A DNA stretch of 64,000 bases from Eledone cirrhosa (GCA_964016885.1 OZ024747.1:70680001-70744000); one strand, 5' to 3'; shown: positions 27,972-41,715, numbered from the stretch's first letter. Translations and numbers: made by a program. Notes: generated by a model not told the origin, from the sequence alone.

Positions 27972-28146
27972 TAGTATAAGACATGGTGTGTATTTTAGAA
28001 TAGATTTCACTAGTATATATATATAGGGAAAAGTATGACCCCGACGACAGAGCTCAAGCCGTTTCAACGGCTATTTCTGGACTATATATATACAATTGCT
28101 GCGTTTGTGTGTTTCACAGTTTAGGCATGATACAAATAGTTTTAAT

Positions 28147-28560
28147 TTAAGATCGATGGTATATAATATGTTTATACAAGTTGTTATACAAGTAACTTGT
28201 ATCGTTAATTGTTTTGTTCGTGTGGAGTTTGGGGATTACGTAGAAATTGCTAGGTTTGCATTCAAAATGAGTTAGGTAGTCCCATTCTTTGTTTGTTAAA
28301 CACTTTTGGTGTCGGTGAATGAGTGTGTCATCGTCTTTGATTGCTTGTAATTGTTTACCTTTTCGTAATAGTTGGTCTTGTAGTTGAGATAATATCGTAC
28401 TTTTTGTGTTGACATTCATAATGATTACAACCCTTCCCTTATCCTTTTCCTTAATTATGATGTCGTTATTGCTTTTGAGTTCATGGATAATTTCCCATTC
28501 TTTTCTACTGATGTTGGGTTTACGTGGATATAAAATAACATTTATCCAATGCTTTGTTCC
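28147..28560 (-). mobile_element. PLE RT N-terminal fragment, decayed
   Basis: KSNNDIIIKEKDKGRVVIIMN and KPSNFYVIPKLHTNK match the PLE motifs IIxKxADKG and FYGLPKIHK. Confidence 0.75.
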
Positions 28561-28889
28561 TACGTTTTATTGGTTTGGAACTAATCTTATTTCTTACAAT
28601 TGATTCCTCAACCTGTGTAAGAGGTCAGTGGCTCTAACTAATTAATGGCTTGACCTCTGATGATTTGTCTAACTCTTGTTAGCAGGGAAAATAGATATTT
28701 AATGATGATGATGATTATGATAAAATATAAATACATGAATATATTTTTTAATAATAAATTACACGAATCAATATTGAATGTAACTGATACATCACAACAA
28801 ATTAATTTTAACAAGTTAATATTTGCTCGATTATTTTCTCACATTCCTCTAAACCACATATAAATCCAATGACTACAAGAGCATGATGA

Positions 28890-29205
28890 ACCTTTATCGG
28901 TTACGACTATGAGTTTTCTTGTTGATTTAAACAATGGAACATACTGCTAATAAACATAACATGCATGTGGCTGACCATTCCACAGACACGTGTACACTTG
29001 AAGTAATTCTCAGAAAGATAAAATTTAACAATGTATGTAACAAGGCTGGCTCTTTAAAATACAAGTGCCTATCATATTTTTCAGCTGGACAAAATGGATT
29101 AAATGAAATAAAGTGCATTACTTAAGGACACAATGCACCATTAGGAAACAATCTCAACACCTTATGACTATGAACTGAACACTCTAAATACAAAGCCATG
29201 CGACT
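28890..29205 (-). mobile_element. Third, decayed CORE-type SINE family
   Basis: gtggctgaccattccacagacacgtgtacactt..acaaggctggc..aaataaagtgcattacttaaggacacaa; homologous to 53950-54270. Confidence 0.65.
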
Positions 29206-31376
29206 ACATCAGCTACATTATAGATAGTAAATGATGTTTTCTTTTTCTCTTTTAATTTAATTTAAAAGCTATTAGAGGTTTTCTTACTGACAATATACCT
29301 GTCAGTACTGTATATTATATCTGTCAGTACTGAGTTTTTATGTCATGTAAAAACATTTAATATTTAATCAAGATCTAATGTGTTCTCAGATTAAATCACT
29401 TGGATAGAGAATTGAGTTGTTTAAGAAATGATTTGACATGATATATTGTTTTGTATCTACTGTTAAAGTTACATAATATAACGATGTCACCATTAATAAA
29501 ACACTGAGAACGATATTAGAAAAGTATGACTTCACCACATATATACATATATGAGAAATGAAATGAATTAAGTAGATATGTGGCAATCACAGCACAGAAG
29601 CTGAAGAGCTGGACTTGATATTTATGATACCTAACTTATTGCTTCCAGGTCCTAAACTCAAAACTGTTAGGTTCAGCATTGTCATCCATCTCTTTGAGTA
29701 ATGAGACAAATCAATAAAGAGCAGTAATCAACTAATGCCAAGTTAACAGACTAGGGCCCCAGAATATTAATATGGTTTATGCAAACATGAAGAGTATCTA
29801 ATCTATTTTAATTCTTTTTGAACAGTGTGTATGAATTAGCAGTTGTGATAATACAGAATAGTTGTGATAATTCAGAATAGAGGTAAATATGGAAGCTTAC
29901 ACAGTATGTTTATGTATGCAATAAACATACATAGTCTCACTGTGTTTATATCACAGCTGCCTCAGTAACCATGTGAAACATTGAGAAGCTAATGGCTTGG
30001 ACAACATATTTATGGTATCTAACTAAGGGCCTCAATTTCTATACTTAAATCCAGTTAGATTTGACACTGATAATGCAGCATAATATAAATATGATAACAA
30101 AAAGGATAAGGCCAAAATATCATCACATTCTTGCAGTTAGCTTGACTATTACTTCATGACAAATGAAGAAAACACATTTCAGCATACATAGAGCTCGTAG
30201 CTTCTTTCATATATAACCTGTGTTTACCAATAGATTAAAGAGGATCACTGGAAATCCTATATATACTTAAGAAATAGATTTCAATGAATCAACTACATTG
30301 TTACTTGACTAGCTAGAAATAGTAGCTAAATTGACATAACCAAAGAGTTCTCACAATCCTATGTTGGCAATGTTTCTATAGTTGAATGCTCATCCTATCA
30401 TGAGATGTACTTGGTTCATTTTTCATGGCACTAGCACTAGAGAGATACTATTATATCATGGCTAGAGGATCCTCTCATCCTTTGTGGCATGGTTTCTATG
30501 GCTCAAAACCTTTCCTAACACCAGCCACTAAAACTTTATTCAAGACAATGGTATGAGCTAATAAGGGCAACTCAAGAGGATTGCATGACCTGCTAAAAAT
30601 AGCAGGTAAAAGTTGGAATTTATCCTGGCTTCATGAAGCTTTAAGCATTTGAAAACACAAGTTCCCCCACTGGACTGGATGCCAGTCTCTTATTAAGTTA
30701 AGCTCTAGCTGCTGATTTTGGTACATATATTTTTGCTGAGTGAATTAGGGCAACATAAAGTTGTTTGTTTAAGGGTACAGCATATTGCTCAACATATTAA
30801 TCAAATCTGTGACTTTATTATCATGTGCCCAGCATCCTAACCACTAGGCTGTATACTTTCAATAGCAAAAGAATTTCCTTTAAACACCCTAATTGTTTTT
30901 TTAAATTAACACATTGCGTTATGTAGTACATGATACACAATAACTAAAGAAAGAATTAAATTTAAAAGGCAAAAAAAAAAATAAAACAGAATAATCAGAG
31001 CTCAAATAATTCGTTTCATCAGTTTTGTGCTTAACTTTTGAATATTTAACAATTGAATATTTAGTTTAAAATATGCCTATTTTGTTCTTTCCTTTCAGTA
31101 TGGTCTAAAACAATCTAAAATTATATAATTGAATGCAGAATTTCTGGTTCATTGAAACTTCTCTTTAGAGAGAAATAGGAATATTCCTCAAGTCATATTG
31201 GCAATCAATTTGTTATAATAAATTAGAAAATATTATAGTGCTTACATCTGAAGCAAACGTTAGAATATCTATATATTAGCAGAGTATTGCTAGAGTCCAT
31301 AAACATATCAATGGACTTGATATCATTCCAATATATATATATATACACATACATGCACACACAAATATATATATAA

Positions 31377-31430
<54 letters not shown>

Positions 31431-31795
31431 CACCATTATACACACACACACACACACATATATATGTATATACACACAAACATATATGTGCGTGTGCGTG
31501 TGTGTATATATATATACATATATATATAAATATAAGAGAAAACACACACACATATATATATATATATATAATTTAATGTGTTCATTTTCTATTCTTTTCA
31601 CAAGATGCAAGAACATTTTTTTTCTTTTTTTGCATCATTGGTTGATAATTGCTGGCAACTGTTCTAATATGTTAAGTGTCATTACAACTGCATCTCAGCA
31701 CATGTCATTGTTGATCAGGCTGTAAAATTGCCAACACCATATAGTAGTACATTTAGTAATACATATTTGTATCTGTATATATATACATATGTATA

Positions 31796-31831
<36 letters not shown>

Positions 31832-31832
31832 C

Positions 31833-31879
<47 letters not shown>

Positions 31880-31894
31880 CATATATATATATAC

Positions 31895-31925
<31 letters not shown>

Positions 31926-31938
31926 CATATATATATAC

Positions 31939-31987
<49 letters not shown>

Positions 31988-32028
31988 CATATATGTATAC
32001 ATATATATATATACATATATATATATAC

Positions 32029-32237
<209 letters not shown>

Positions 32238-32329
32238 TACACTCGATATACAAATTAGGCTGCTCAGCCGTTAATGTTCATAAGGAAAGTATATACTTTC
32301 GAACGTTCAACTATCTGGCAGATGGGTAT

Positions 32330-32372
32330 ACGGTGCTGATGATAGCTAACAAGCTTGAAACTAGTACATCGT
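32330..32372 (+). ncRNA. Minimal type I hammerhead ribozyme in a ~270-bp insert (32238-32505)
   Basis: acggtg-CTGATGA-tagctaacaagctt-GAAAC-ta-GTA-catcgt; palindromic stem III ACTAGT. Confidence 0.85.
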
Positions 32373-32668
32373 TCCTGTGTCAGTGTTGAACAAAAAGGTG
32401 ACGTGGTTGCCTTAACACCGTACGGCATAAAAATTCAGGCTGTTCAGTTTGTTTACAAACGAACAAAGCGGCGTTATAATAAGCGTCCGTTAAACTGATA
32501 CGTGCATATATGTATGTGTACCTGTATGTGTATATATATATATATATATATGCATGCTACTGTACGTCTGTATACATATATGTATGTACGTATACACACA
32601 TACTTACATTTAAGTAAGTGCCGAACTAAGAGTGAGAAATGAAATTTCGTTTTCATTTTATTTAAAAC

Positions 32669-32804
<136 letters not shown>

Positions 32805-32807
32805 GTA

Positions 32808-32900
<93 letters not shown>

Positions 32901-32906
32901 GTATAT

Positions 32907-32940
<34 letters not shown>

Positions 32941-33033
32941 ATATACGTATATGTATATATATATATGTATGTATATGTATATATATATATATATGTATAT
33001 GTATATATATATATATGTATATGTATATATATG

Positions 33034-33172
<139 letters not shown>

Positions 33173-33185
33173 GTATATATATATA

Positions 33186-33894
33186 TGAATGTATATATAA
33201 TGTATTTTGCAATACACTTTATGCTTAATTAAAAGCATTTTGAAGACCGTATGCTATTGTTTTAGAGTAGTGACAAACTCACTTACTTTAATCTCAGCAA
33301 ACAAGGGGAGATGAGCCGACAAGGTCTTATTTCGCATTTATTGATGCTTATCAAGGCTAACTACTCCCTCCTGTCTACTGAGATCACTCACGTTATATTC
33401 TTATAGAATTCTAGTAAATAATCAGGAACTGATCATACAGAGCGGTTGCCGGTCAGGCAGAAATTAAAAATTAGCATACGGTCTTCAAAATGTTTTTAAT
33501 TTAGCATAAAGTCTATTGCAAAATGCATTATATAAACATTCATATATATATTGCTATTTCAGAGCTCCAATTCTAATTTTTAATTCCTGCCTGACCGGCA
33601 ACCGCTCTGTATAATCAGTTCCTGATTATTTACTAGAATTCTATAAGAATATAACATGAGTGACCTCAGTAGACAGGAGGGAGTAGTTAGCCTTGATAAG
33701 CATCAATAAATGCGAAACATGGCCTTGTCGGCTTATCTCCCCTTGTTTGCTGAGATTAAAGTAAGTGAGTTTGTCACTACTCTAAAACAATAGCATACGG
33801 TCTTCAAAATGCTTTTAATTAACCATAAAGTGTATTGCAAAATACATTATATATACATTCATATATATATTGCTATTTCAGAGCTCCAGTTCTA

Positions 33895-33895
<1 letters not shown>
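33186..33895. mobile_element. Retrozyme-like 319-bp unit: one inverted copy plus 1.3 tandem copies
   Basis: tagcatacggtcttcaaaatg at 33472 and 33791; 33186-33474 is the reverse complement of ~33573-33862. Confidence 0.85.
33689..33733 (+). ncRNA. Type I hammerhead with U3-A8 core variant (second copy on the minus strand at 33314-33358)
   Basis: agcc-TTGATAA-gcat caataa atgc-GAAAC-atggcctt-GTC-ggct. Confidence 0.8.
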
Positions 33896-33933
<38 letters not shown>

Positions 33934-33947
33934 TATATGTGTATATA

Positions 33948-33988
<41 letters not shown>

Positions 33989-34027
33989 ATATATATATAT
34001 ATGTATATATCTATATATATATATATC

Positions 34028-34063
<36 letters not shown>

Positions 34064-34085
34064 TATATCTATATATCTATATATC

Positions 34086-34201
<116 letters not shown>

Positions 34202-34241
34202 TATGTATATATCTATATATATATATATATATATATCTATC

Positions 34242-34422
<181 letters not shown>

Positions 34423-34459
34423 GTATATATATATATATGTATATATCTATATATATATA

Positions 34460-34498
<39 letters not shown>

Positions 34499-34515
34499 CT
34501 ATATATATATATATC

Positions 34516-34604
<89 letters not shown>

Positions 34605-34622
34605 GTATATATAAATAAATAT

Positions 34623-34668
<46 letters not shown>

Positions 34669-34700
34669 GTATATATAGATATATATATATATATATATAG

Positions 34701-34739
<39 letters not shown>

Positions 34740-34742
34740 GAT

Positions 34743-34818
<76 letters not shown>

Positions 34819-34842
34819 CTATATATATATATATATATATAA

Positions 34843-34956
<114 letters not shown>

Positions 34957-34964
34957 GTATATAT

Positions 34965-35040
<76 letters not shown>

Positions 35041-35042
<2 letters not shown>

Positions 35043-35455
35043 TAATAAGAGGAATTCCAACTTTGTCTGATTTACTCGTTTTATTTACAATCCTTTAAAA
35101 TATATATAATGGTATTATAATGAAATAGTATGATAGAATATTAAGATAGAATATTAAATTCTAAGTGTTAATTGAACAAGTACTTTCATGCTTTCGCAAT
35201 CTTCAGGTTCATGATATGTGGTGACAGTCGAGTTTGCAATTTTCAACAGTTGAAAATTGCAAACTCGACTGTCACCACATATCATGAACCTGAAGATTGC
35301 GAAAGCATGAAAGTACTTGTTCAATTAACACTTAGAATTTAATATTCTATCTTAATATTCTATCATACTATTTCATTATAATACCATTATATATATTTTA
35401 AAGGATTGTAAATAAAACGAGTAAATCAGACAAAGTTGGAATTCCTCTTATTAAT
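35041..35455. repeat. Apparently perfect palindrome, 207-bp arms with a 1-nt spacer (35248)
   Basis: Arms are symmetric about 35248; no indel or mismatch seen by eye. Confidence 0.92.
35285..35323 (+). ncRNA. Minimal type I hammerhead (mirror copy on the minus strand at 35173-35211)
   Basis: tgaac-CTGAAGA-ttgc gaaa gcat-GAAA-gtac-TT-gttca; GAAA tetraloop on stem II, palindromic AGTACT stem III, CUU triplet. Confidence 0.8.
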
Positions 35456-35511
35456 ATAATCTTCTATACACAATCATACACACCCGTGTATATTTACCTA
35501 TCTATATCTAT

Positions 35512-35570
<59 letters not shown>

Positions 35571-35595
35571 TGTATATATATATATATATATATAT

Positions 35596-36300
35596 GAAAA
35601 AGAACACAAGAGCGTCTACAACATCAAAAGATTTTTATTGGCTTACAACGTTTCTTCCTTACGTAACCGTAGGATTCGTCAGGGCTATAAAAGGGGTTTG
35701 ATTGGTGTTATGGACTCTACCAACCAAACATTCAAGAACAAAGAGTAAAGAGAGTAAAGAGCAAAAGTAGGGGACGATAAGTATAATTTTGGTGCGGAAG
35801 GGTGGGGTGTGTGTCCTTGTTTACTAGCTGCGGTCATATTCATTCCCGGGAGTCGGGTGGTTAGCTGAACCATAGATGGGGTGGCGTCGATAGTATGGTG
35901 CAGAGGGTGCGCAGAGGCTACACAAACACAAAGGGCATACAATATATATATATATATATAGCGGAGGAGATAATTAGAAATGGAAAAAGAGTAATAATAA
36001 TAATCTATAATTAATAGTGTATAATAAGTTATAAAAGTAAGAATAAGGTAAAATATAAAGGAGGATAAAGGTGGAAATAATAAAGATAAAAAAATATATA
36101 GAGAATATATAAAGAAATATAAGCGAATATTTGGAGGGGAAAACACAATGTAAAAAAACCGATTTTTTCAAATAATAATAAAAATATAATAATTATGGGA
36201 GGAGAAAACGGGATAGAGAAATATGATCAAGTGTGATTAGTTGAGAGAATATAGGATCATAATAGTTATGTCAAGTTTATACATCTTAATTATAAATAAT
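35596..36300 (-). mobile_element. PLE 3' region with a degenerate hammerhead (35636-35689)
   Basis: Minus strand reads tagcc-CTGACGA-atcctacggttacgtaaggaa-GAAAC-gtt-GTA-agccaataaaa; downstream sequence resembles 41343-41393. Confidence 0.7.
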
Positions 36301-36429
36301 CTGTGTATCAGAGTTGCAGAACCTTCAATTCACTTACGGGTTCAAGCCACGTGGCGTGGTCCATTGTTTATCTGTGCGGTCATGCGCGTTTGTTTTTGAC
36401 ACCACAGCAGATGCACAAGTTCGTAAATT

Positions 36430-37125
36430 CCAATGCAGACATGACCCGCAGAATGTGTTCCTGGATCCTCAGAACCTTCCAGTCGAGAGATTCCCACACC
36501 ATTATCCTTCACTTCTCCACTTTTGCCCGACCACACCTTCAATACTGTTGTCCACTGTGGTCTCCCCACACGAAACAAAGTATCATGAAACTTGAAGCTC
36601 CCCAAAGGGCAATCACTAAAAGATAGATGGCATGTCAAACCTTGACTACTGGGGTCGACTAGAAAAGCTAAAACTTTACTCACTCCAACGTCGCCATGAG
36701 CGTTATATTATCTGCATGATGTGGAAAATGTTTCATCAGCACTGCCCAAATGATCTTGGCATCACCTTCAAAATACACCCAAGGCTTGGGCCCCGTGCTA
36801 TCCGTCCCAAACAAAAATCTAAATCGCAACTCATAACAACAATACGGCACAATTATTTCACGTCAATTGGCCCTGCTCTCTTCAACATCACACCAGGACA
36901 CGTCAAAACAGAAACTGACCACACAAAATTCAAGAAGTCTTTGGACAAATTCCTCCAAGTAATCCCGGACAAACCACCCACACCCGGATATGTCTCTGCA
37001 AACAGTAATTTTCTTCTCGAATGGGCCATGGTGCCCAAATCCTGAATGGAAAGACTTCGCCAGGAGGTGCTATAAAGTTAGAGATGGCCTGGGCCAATTC
37101 TGGCCAAAACATTTCAAAGTTATTC
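36430..37125 (+). mobile_element. CR1-group LINE 3' fragment
   Basis: WILRTFQSRD..ARPHLQYCCPLWSPH..KLEAPQRAITKR, frameshift, then LDYWGRLEKLKLYSLQRRHERY..FKKSLDKFLQVIPDKP. Confidence 0.88.
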
Positions 37126-37188
37126 AAAAATTACATGCATGCATATATATATATATATATATATACATACATATATATAAATATATAC

Positions 37189-37270
<82 letters not shown>

Positions 37271-37452
37271 ATTAAAATACTGGAGCGTGTTGGAGTTAAA
37301 CACTCTCTTCATATTATAGAAATGACAGTAAAAGGTATAGCTCAATGCAGTTAAACAGAGCCGAAAAATTAAGAGAGTAAAACAAAGAAGCCTTTAATAC
37401 ATCAAAAGTTTTTATTAGCCGACAATGTTTCGTCCTATTAAGGACTCACCTT

Positions 37453-39459
37453 ATTATACCAGATGTTAGGGATAAGGTTAATTTTAACCTATGGGGGAAC
37501 ACTAGGGAAGTTATAGATTGGTTCTCTGGGATTAATAGACTTGAATCTAATAAGTTTATCCAATTCGATATTGATGCCTACTACACATCAATTTCACCTA
37601 TCCTCCTCAATAAAGCTTTAATGTTGGCCATGAGAGTATCCAGCCTTACACGATCACAGGTAGATATTATACTAGCAGCCCGTCAAACTATTATTAAATT
37701 TGAGGACACATTTTGGACCCGTAAAAACACGCCCAATAATTTCGACGTTACAATGGGTTCGAGTGATTCGGCCCAGGTTACTGATCTTGTTGGGTTGTTC
37801 CTCCTTAATGAACTATACGCTACCTTCCCGCACCTTATAGGCGGACTATATCGTGATGATGCATTGTTTGTAATTAACTCTAGCACCAACAATGTAGAAC
37901 ATAATAAAAAGAAGCTTTATAAGTTTTTTAAAAGCTACAACCTTTCGATCACGATAGATAGAAATGATAGAGCGGTTAACTTTTTAGATGTGACTTTGGA
38001 CTTGGTCACTAATAGTTTTAAACCCTTCCATAAGCCTAATGAAATTCTTTCTTATGTTAGCCCCAATTCTAACCACCCTAAGTCTATGATAAGCTCTATA
38101 ATTAAGGGTGTATCTAATAGGATTTCCACACTCTCTAAGGACATAGGAACATTTAATGAGCATGCGGAGTACTACAATAATGCCCTAGCAAATTCAGGTT
38201 ACTCTAGTAAAATACATTATAATAATAGTAACCTTAGAAAGTCTCCGCTTACTTTTAACGATAATAACATAATATCACATAACATGGCCATGAATGGGAG
38301 TAGCAAATATAGTAACCGTAAAAATTATATAGGTGTATCCGAACCCATCCATAAGTTAATCCATCGGACTCGTAATAGCAAATATAATACCTCTAGGAAA
38401 CAAGTTGAACCCCCTGTGCGCTCACATATTGGTGATGGTTTTGCTGGATCTTATTCTAATAATGTTGCTCCTACTGATCCTATCATTGGCCCTAATCCTT
38501 TTGAAGGGATTCCGGACAGCAGCAGATCTACTGGAGGTAGAAACTATAATAGACATAACGAAATTATGGCTGATTTTATGAATGTGGCTTTAACTAATCC
38601 TTGTAGTAACCCTAGTCTCGATGGTGGGACATTTGATAAAGGTAGGGTCGGTAAGAATAAAAATAGAAGGCGATTAAATACTTATTTTAACCCGCCATAT
38701 AATCAGGATGTATCAACTAATATCCCTAGGTCTTTCTTCACTATCTTAGAGAAAAATTTCCCCCCTTCTCATAAATACCATAGTATTTTTAATAAAAATG
38801 TTATTAAACTCTCATTCTCTACCACCCCTAATATTAGTTCTCATTTAGCTAGCACTAATAATAGGAAAATTAGGGATGGATTCTCCTCTCTACATACTAC
38901 TAGTCTGAACAGATCTGACAATGCTTTACCACCAGAACAGTCCTTATCTAATAGCAGTCCTACGTGTAATACATCACCACTCGAGCCAACCAATAACACC
39001 CGGAAGTGCAATTGTAGAGTGAGTGCTAACTGCCCTTTAAACGGTAACTGCCTTTCTAAGAACATTGTCTACGCTTGCGAAGTTATAACTAATTCCTCTA
39101 ATAGAACTTATATAGGATCTACATCAAACACTTTTAAGACTAGGTTTAACTCTCATATCTCTAACTTCAAACATGTTAAGTTTAAGCATTCTACTTCTTT
39201 AGCACATTATATCTGGGATCTTAAGGGAGCTTATATACCATATAGCCTTAACTGGCGTTTAGTAGCACGCTCTAACCACCTTTCTACATATACTAAGTTT
39301 TGTAATCTCTGTATCCTTGAGACACACTCTATAATTTTCTCTAGCGTATCCTTACTTAATAGAAAGTCTGAGATATTCTCTTCTTGCCCCCACGCTATTT
39401 CTAATTCTTACTTTTATTATAAACCCAAACGTTCTAGTAGTACAAATTGTACCCATTAG
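37453..39459 (+). CDS. PLE polyprotein, 5'-truncated but uninterrupted: RT, thumb, CxCx5C linker and GIY-YIG endonuclease
   Basis: The frame is open upstream of the listed ATG (LWGNTREVIDWF..FIQFDIDAYYTSI); FDVTMGS, GLYRDD, NFLDVTLD, YFNPPY, CNCRVSANCPLNGNC, NIVY..TYIGST, CNLC..CPH. Confidence 0.93.
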   Translation: MIPDVRDKVNFNLWGNTREVIDWFSGINRLESNKFIQFDIDAYYTSISPILLNKALMLAMRVSSLTRSQVDIILAARQTIIKFEDTFWTRKNTPNNFDVTMGSSDSAQVTDLVGLFLLNELYATFPHLIGGLYRDDALFVINSSTNNVEHNKKKLYKFFKSYNLSITIDRNDRAVNFLDVTLDLVTNSFKPFHKPNEILSYVSPNSNHPKSMISSIIKGVSNRISTLSKDIGTFNEHAEYYNNALANSGYSSKIHYNNSNLRKSPLTFNDNNIISHNMAMNGSSKYSNRKNYIGVSEPIHKLIHRTRNSKYNTSRKQVEPPVRSHIGDGFAGSYSNNVAPTDPIIGPNPFEGIPDSSRSTGGRNYNRHNEIMADFMNVALTNPCSNPSLDGGTFDKGRVGKNKNRRRLNTYFNPPYNQDVSTNIPRSFFTILEKNFPPSHKYHSIFNKNVIKLSFSTTPNISSHLASTNNRKIRDGFSSLHTTSLNRSDNALPPEQSLSNSSPTCNTSPLEPTNNTRKCNCRVSANCPLNGNCLSKNIVYACEVITNSSNRTYIGSTSNTFKTRFNSHISNFKHVKFKHSTSLAHYIWDLKGAYIPYSLNWRLVARSNHLSTYTKFCNLCILETHSIIFSSVSLLNRKSEIFSSCPHAISNSYFYYKPKRSSSTNCTH

Positions 39460-41304
39460 CAGATATATTCCATTACTTATTTTTTAGTTTAGGTTCTTTT
39501 GTTTGCCAACATCATTATTATTATCATCATTATTACCATTGGTTTTTGATGACTCTTTATTCTAGCTCTCATAATCATTTGGCTACTGTACCATATCTGT
39601 CTTCTTACGCATTAAATTTTCACTATTACACCTTGTGAATATATATAAGATTACATACTTTACGCTATTTACTTTATTTTATTATTATCTTCATTTTTAT
39701 TTTTATTTTTATTTTTAATTTTATTTTTAATTTTATTTTCATTTTTATTCAGATTCATCTTTGGATACCCCCCCCCCCCCCATGCGCACATAAACTCATT
39801 GTCAACCCCTCCAAATTGACTATGATTATATTTAACCCCCTCTCTTTTACGTTCCGTTCTATTATTTATTATAGTATATCGACTATATTTTATGCCCCTT
39901 TGCATCCTCCATATATTTCTTCAATTCTGTCCCCATTAGCCTACCTTAATTCTACTTAAGTCAGTTTTTTAGATATCGTTATGTATATGATAGAAAAAAA
40001 TTTCATTCCTTTTTGTAAACACTTGTAACGAAACATTAAAGTTTATAAACTTTAATGACTTAAACAAAAGCTAATATTATACTACCTTATTGGATAGTTT
40101 AAATATTTTTAATATTAATTTATCAAATAGGGTTTTCAAGTCATTTACAGGGATTGTTTTCCTTAGTTTTTACTTAACTACTTAACCGCATGTGAGACCT
40201 AAATGTATATGTTTGTTTTTGTTTTGTAATTTCCGGTTGATTATATTTATTTATTTATTTTATTCTATATTTTATATTCTATATTTTATTTGAAATACTA
40301 CTGGGCATTATATTTACTATTTAATATTCACTGTCTGGCACTTACTTACACATCCACATATGTCTGCCTACTAACCTTGTAATTATAAGTAATTATATAT
40401 TATATTATGTCAATTTATTTTATATAATATATTATATTATTTGTATTGTAATATTGATCCTTATTACTTACTGTTCATTATATGTAACATTATGATATTT
40501 AAACTTTATATATCATGTAAGATGTTTGTATTTTTCTGTACCATCACAATGTTTTTTTGAGTATTGTATAATTTATTTTTCCTCATTTACTCTGTAACCC
40601 AGTATGAATCGATTTGTTTACTTGAATACCATTATATTATTTATTATATATTGTTTATTGTAAATGTTAGCACATTGTTAATATATTATTATTATATTAT
40701 TATTGTGACATCTATATTGTTTGTGTAAATTAACCGGGGATCATCTATTATATTGAATTATATAATTGTATTGTTTATTATTTATTATATGTGTTTCTTG
40801 TAATTATATCATATTATAACCTCATGTATATTGGGTAGATGTATTGGTATTATTATTATTATTATTTTCACTCTTATCATGCTTATTTTTATATTCAAAC
40901 TCCTAATAAGGTTTAATTTGTGTAGTTGAAGATAGATGTGCGTATTGTTGTATGTGTGTGTGTGTGTGTGCGCGTGTGCGCACATATATAGATGTGCATA
41001 TTGTAGCTTTTTGACTTTTATTGTAATTTTAATGTTGGTAAAGGTATATTATTATAATGTATTATATTATATTACATTGTGTTATATATAATTCCTGCTC
41101 TATATAACCACCTTCGTTTAGCTCTAGGTTATTTGCTTTGGACTATATTTGTAATATGGTTCTTAATGTTATATACATCCTTAGTTATTCTTATATATTT
41201 TTATTATTTTTATTATATATTTTTGCAAGACTTTAGTGTATGTACACTCCATATTCTTCGGAGCTTCCGGCTTGTATCTGCCGATATTACTTCTTGTTGT
41301 TTTA

Positions 41305-41349
41305 ATTGCCCTGATGAGTCCTTAATAGGACGAAACATTGTCGGCTAAT
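41305..41349 (+). ncRNA. Canonical minimal type I hammerhead in the PLE pLTR
   Basis: attgcc-CTGATGA-gtcc ttaata ggac-GAAAC-att-GTC-ggctaat; canonical core, G-C closing pair, GUC triplet. Confidence 0.9.
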
Positions 41350-41390
41350 AAAAACTGTTGACGTATTAAAGGCTTCTTTGTTTTACTCTC

Positions 41391-41480
<90 letters not shown>

Positions 41481-41681
41481 TATAAATATATACATATATA
41501 TATATATATATACATATATATAAATATATACATATATATAAATATATACATACATATATATCAATATATACATACATATTTACATATATATAAATATATA
41601 CATACATATATATAAATATATACATACATACATATAAATATATACATACATACACGTAAATATATACATACATACATGTAA

Positions 41682-41714
<33 letters not shown>

Positions 41715-41715
<1 letters not shown>

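Larger units (their letters stand above)
37268..41393 (+). mobile_element. Penelope-like element (Hydra-type): inverted upstream pLTR, 5'-truncated ORF, ~1.9-kb 3' UTR and HHR-bearing pLTR, inserted in (TA)n
   Basis: 37370-37448 is the reverse complement of 41315-41393; RT+GIY-YIG ORF; (TA)n on both flanks. Confidence 0.92.

Noticed and set aside
28026-28083. Complete hammerhead next to the PLE fragment
   Set aside because: Only GAAAC..GTC on the minus strand plus a small palindrome; counted as a half motif only
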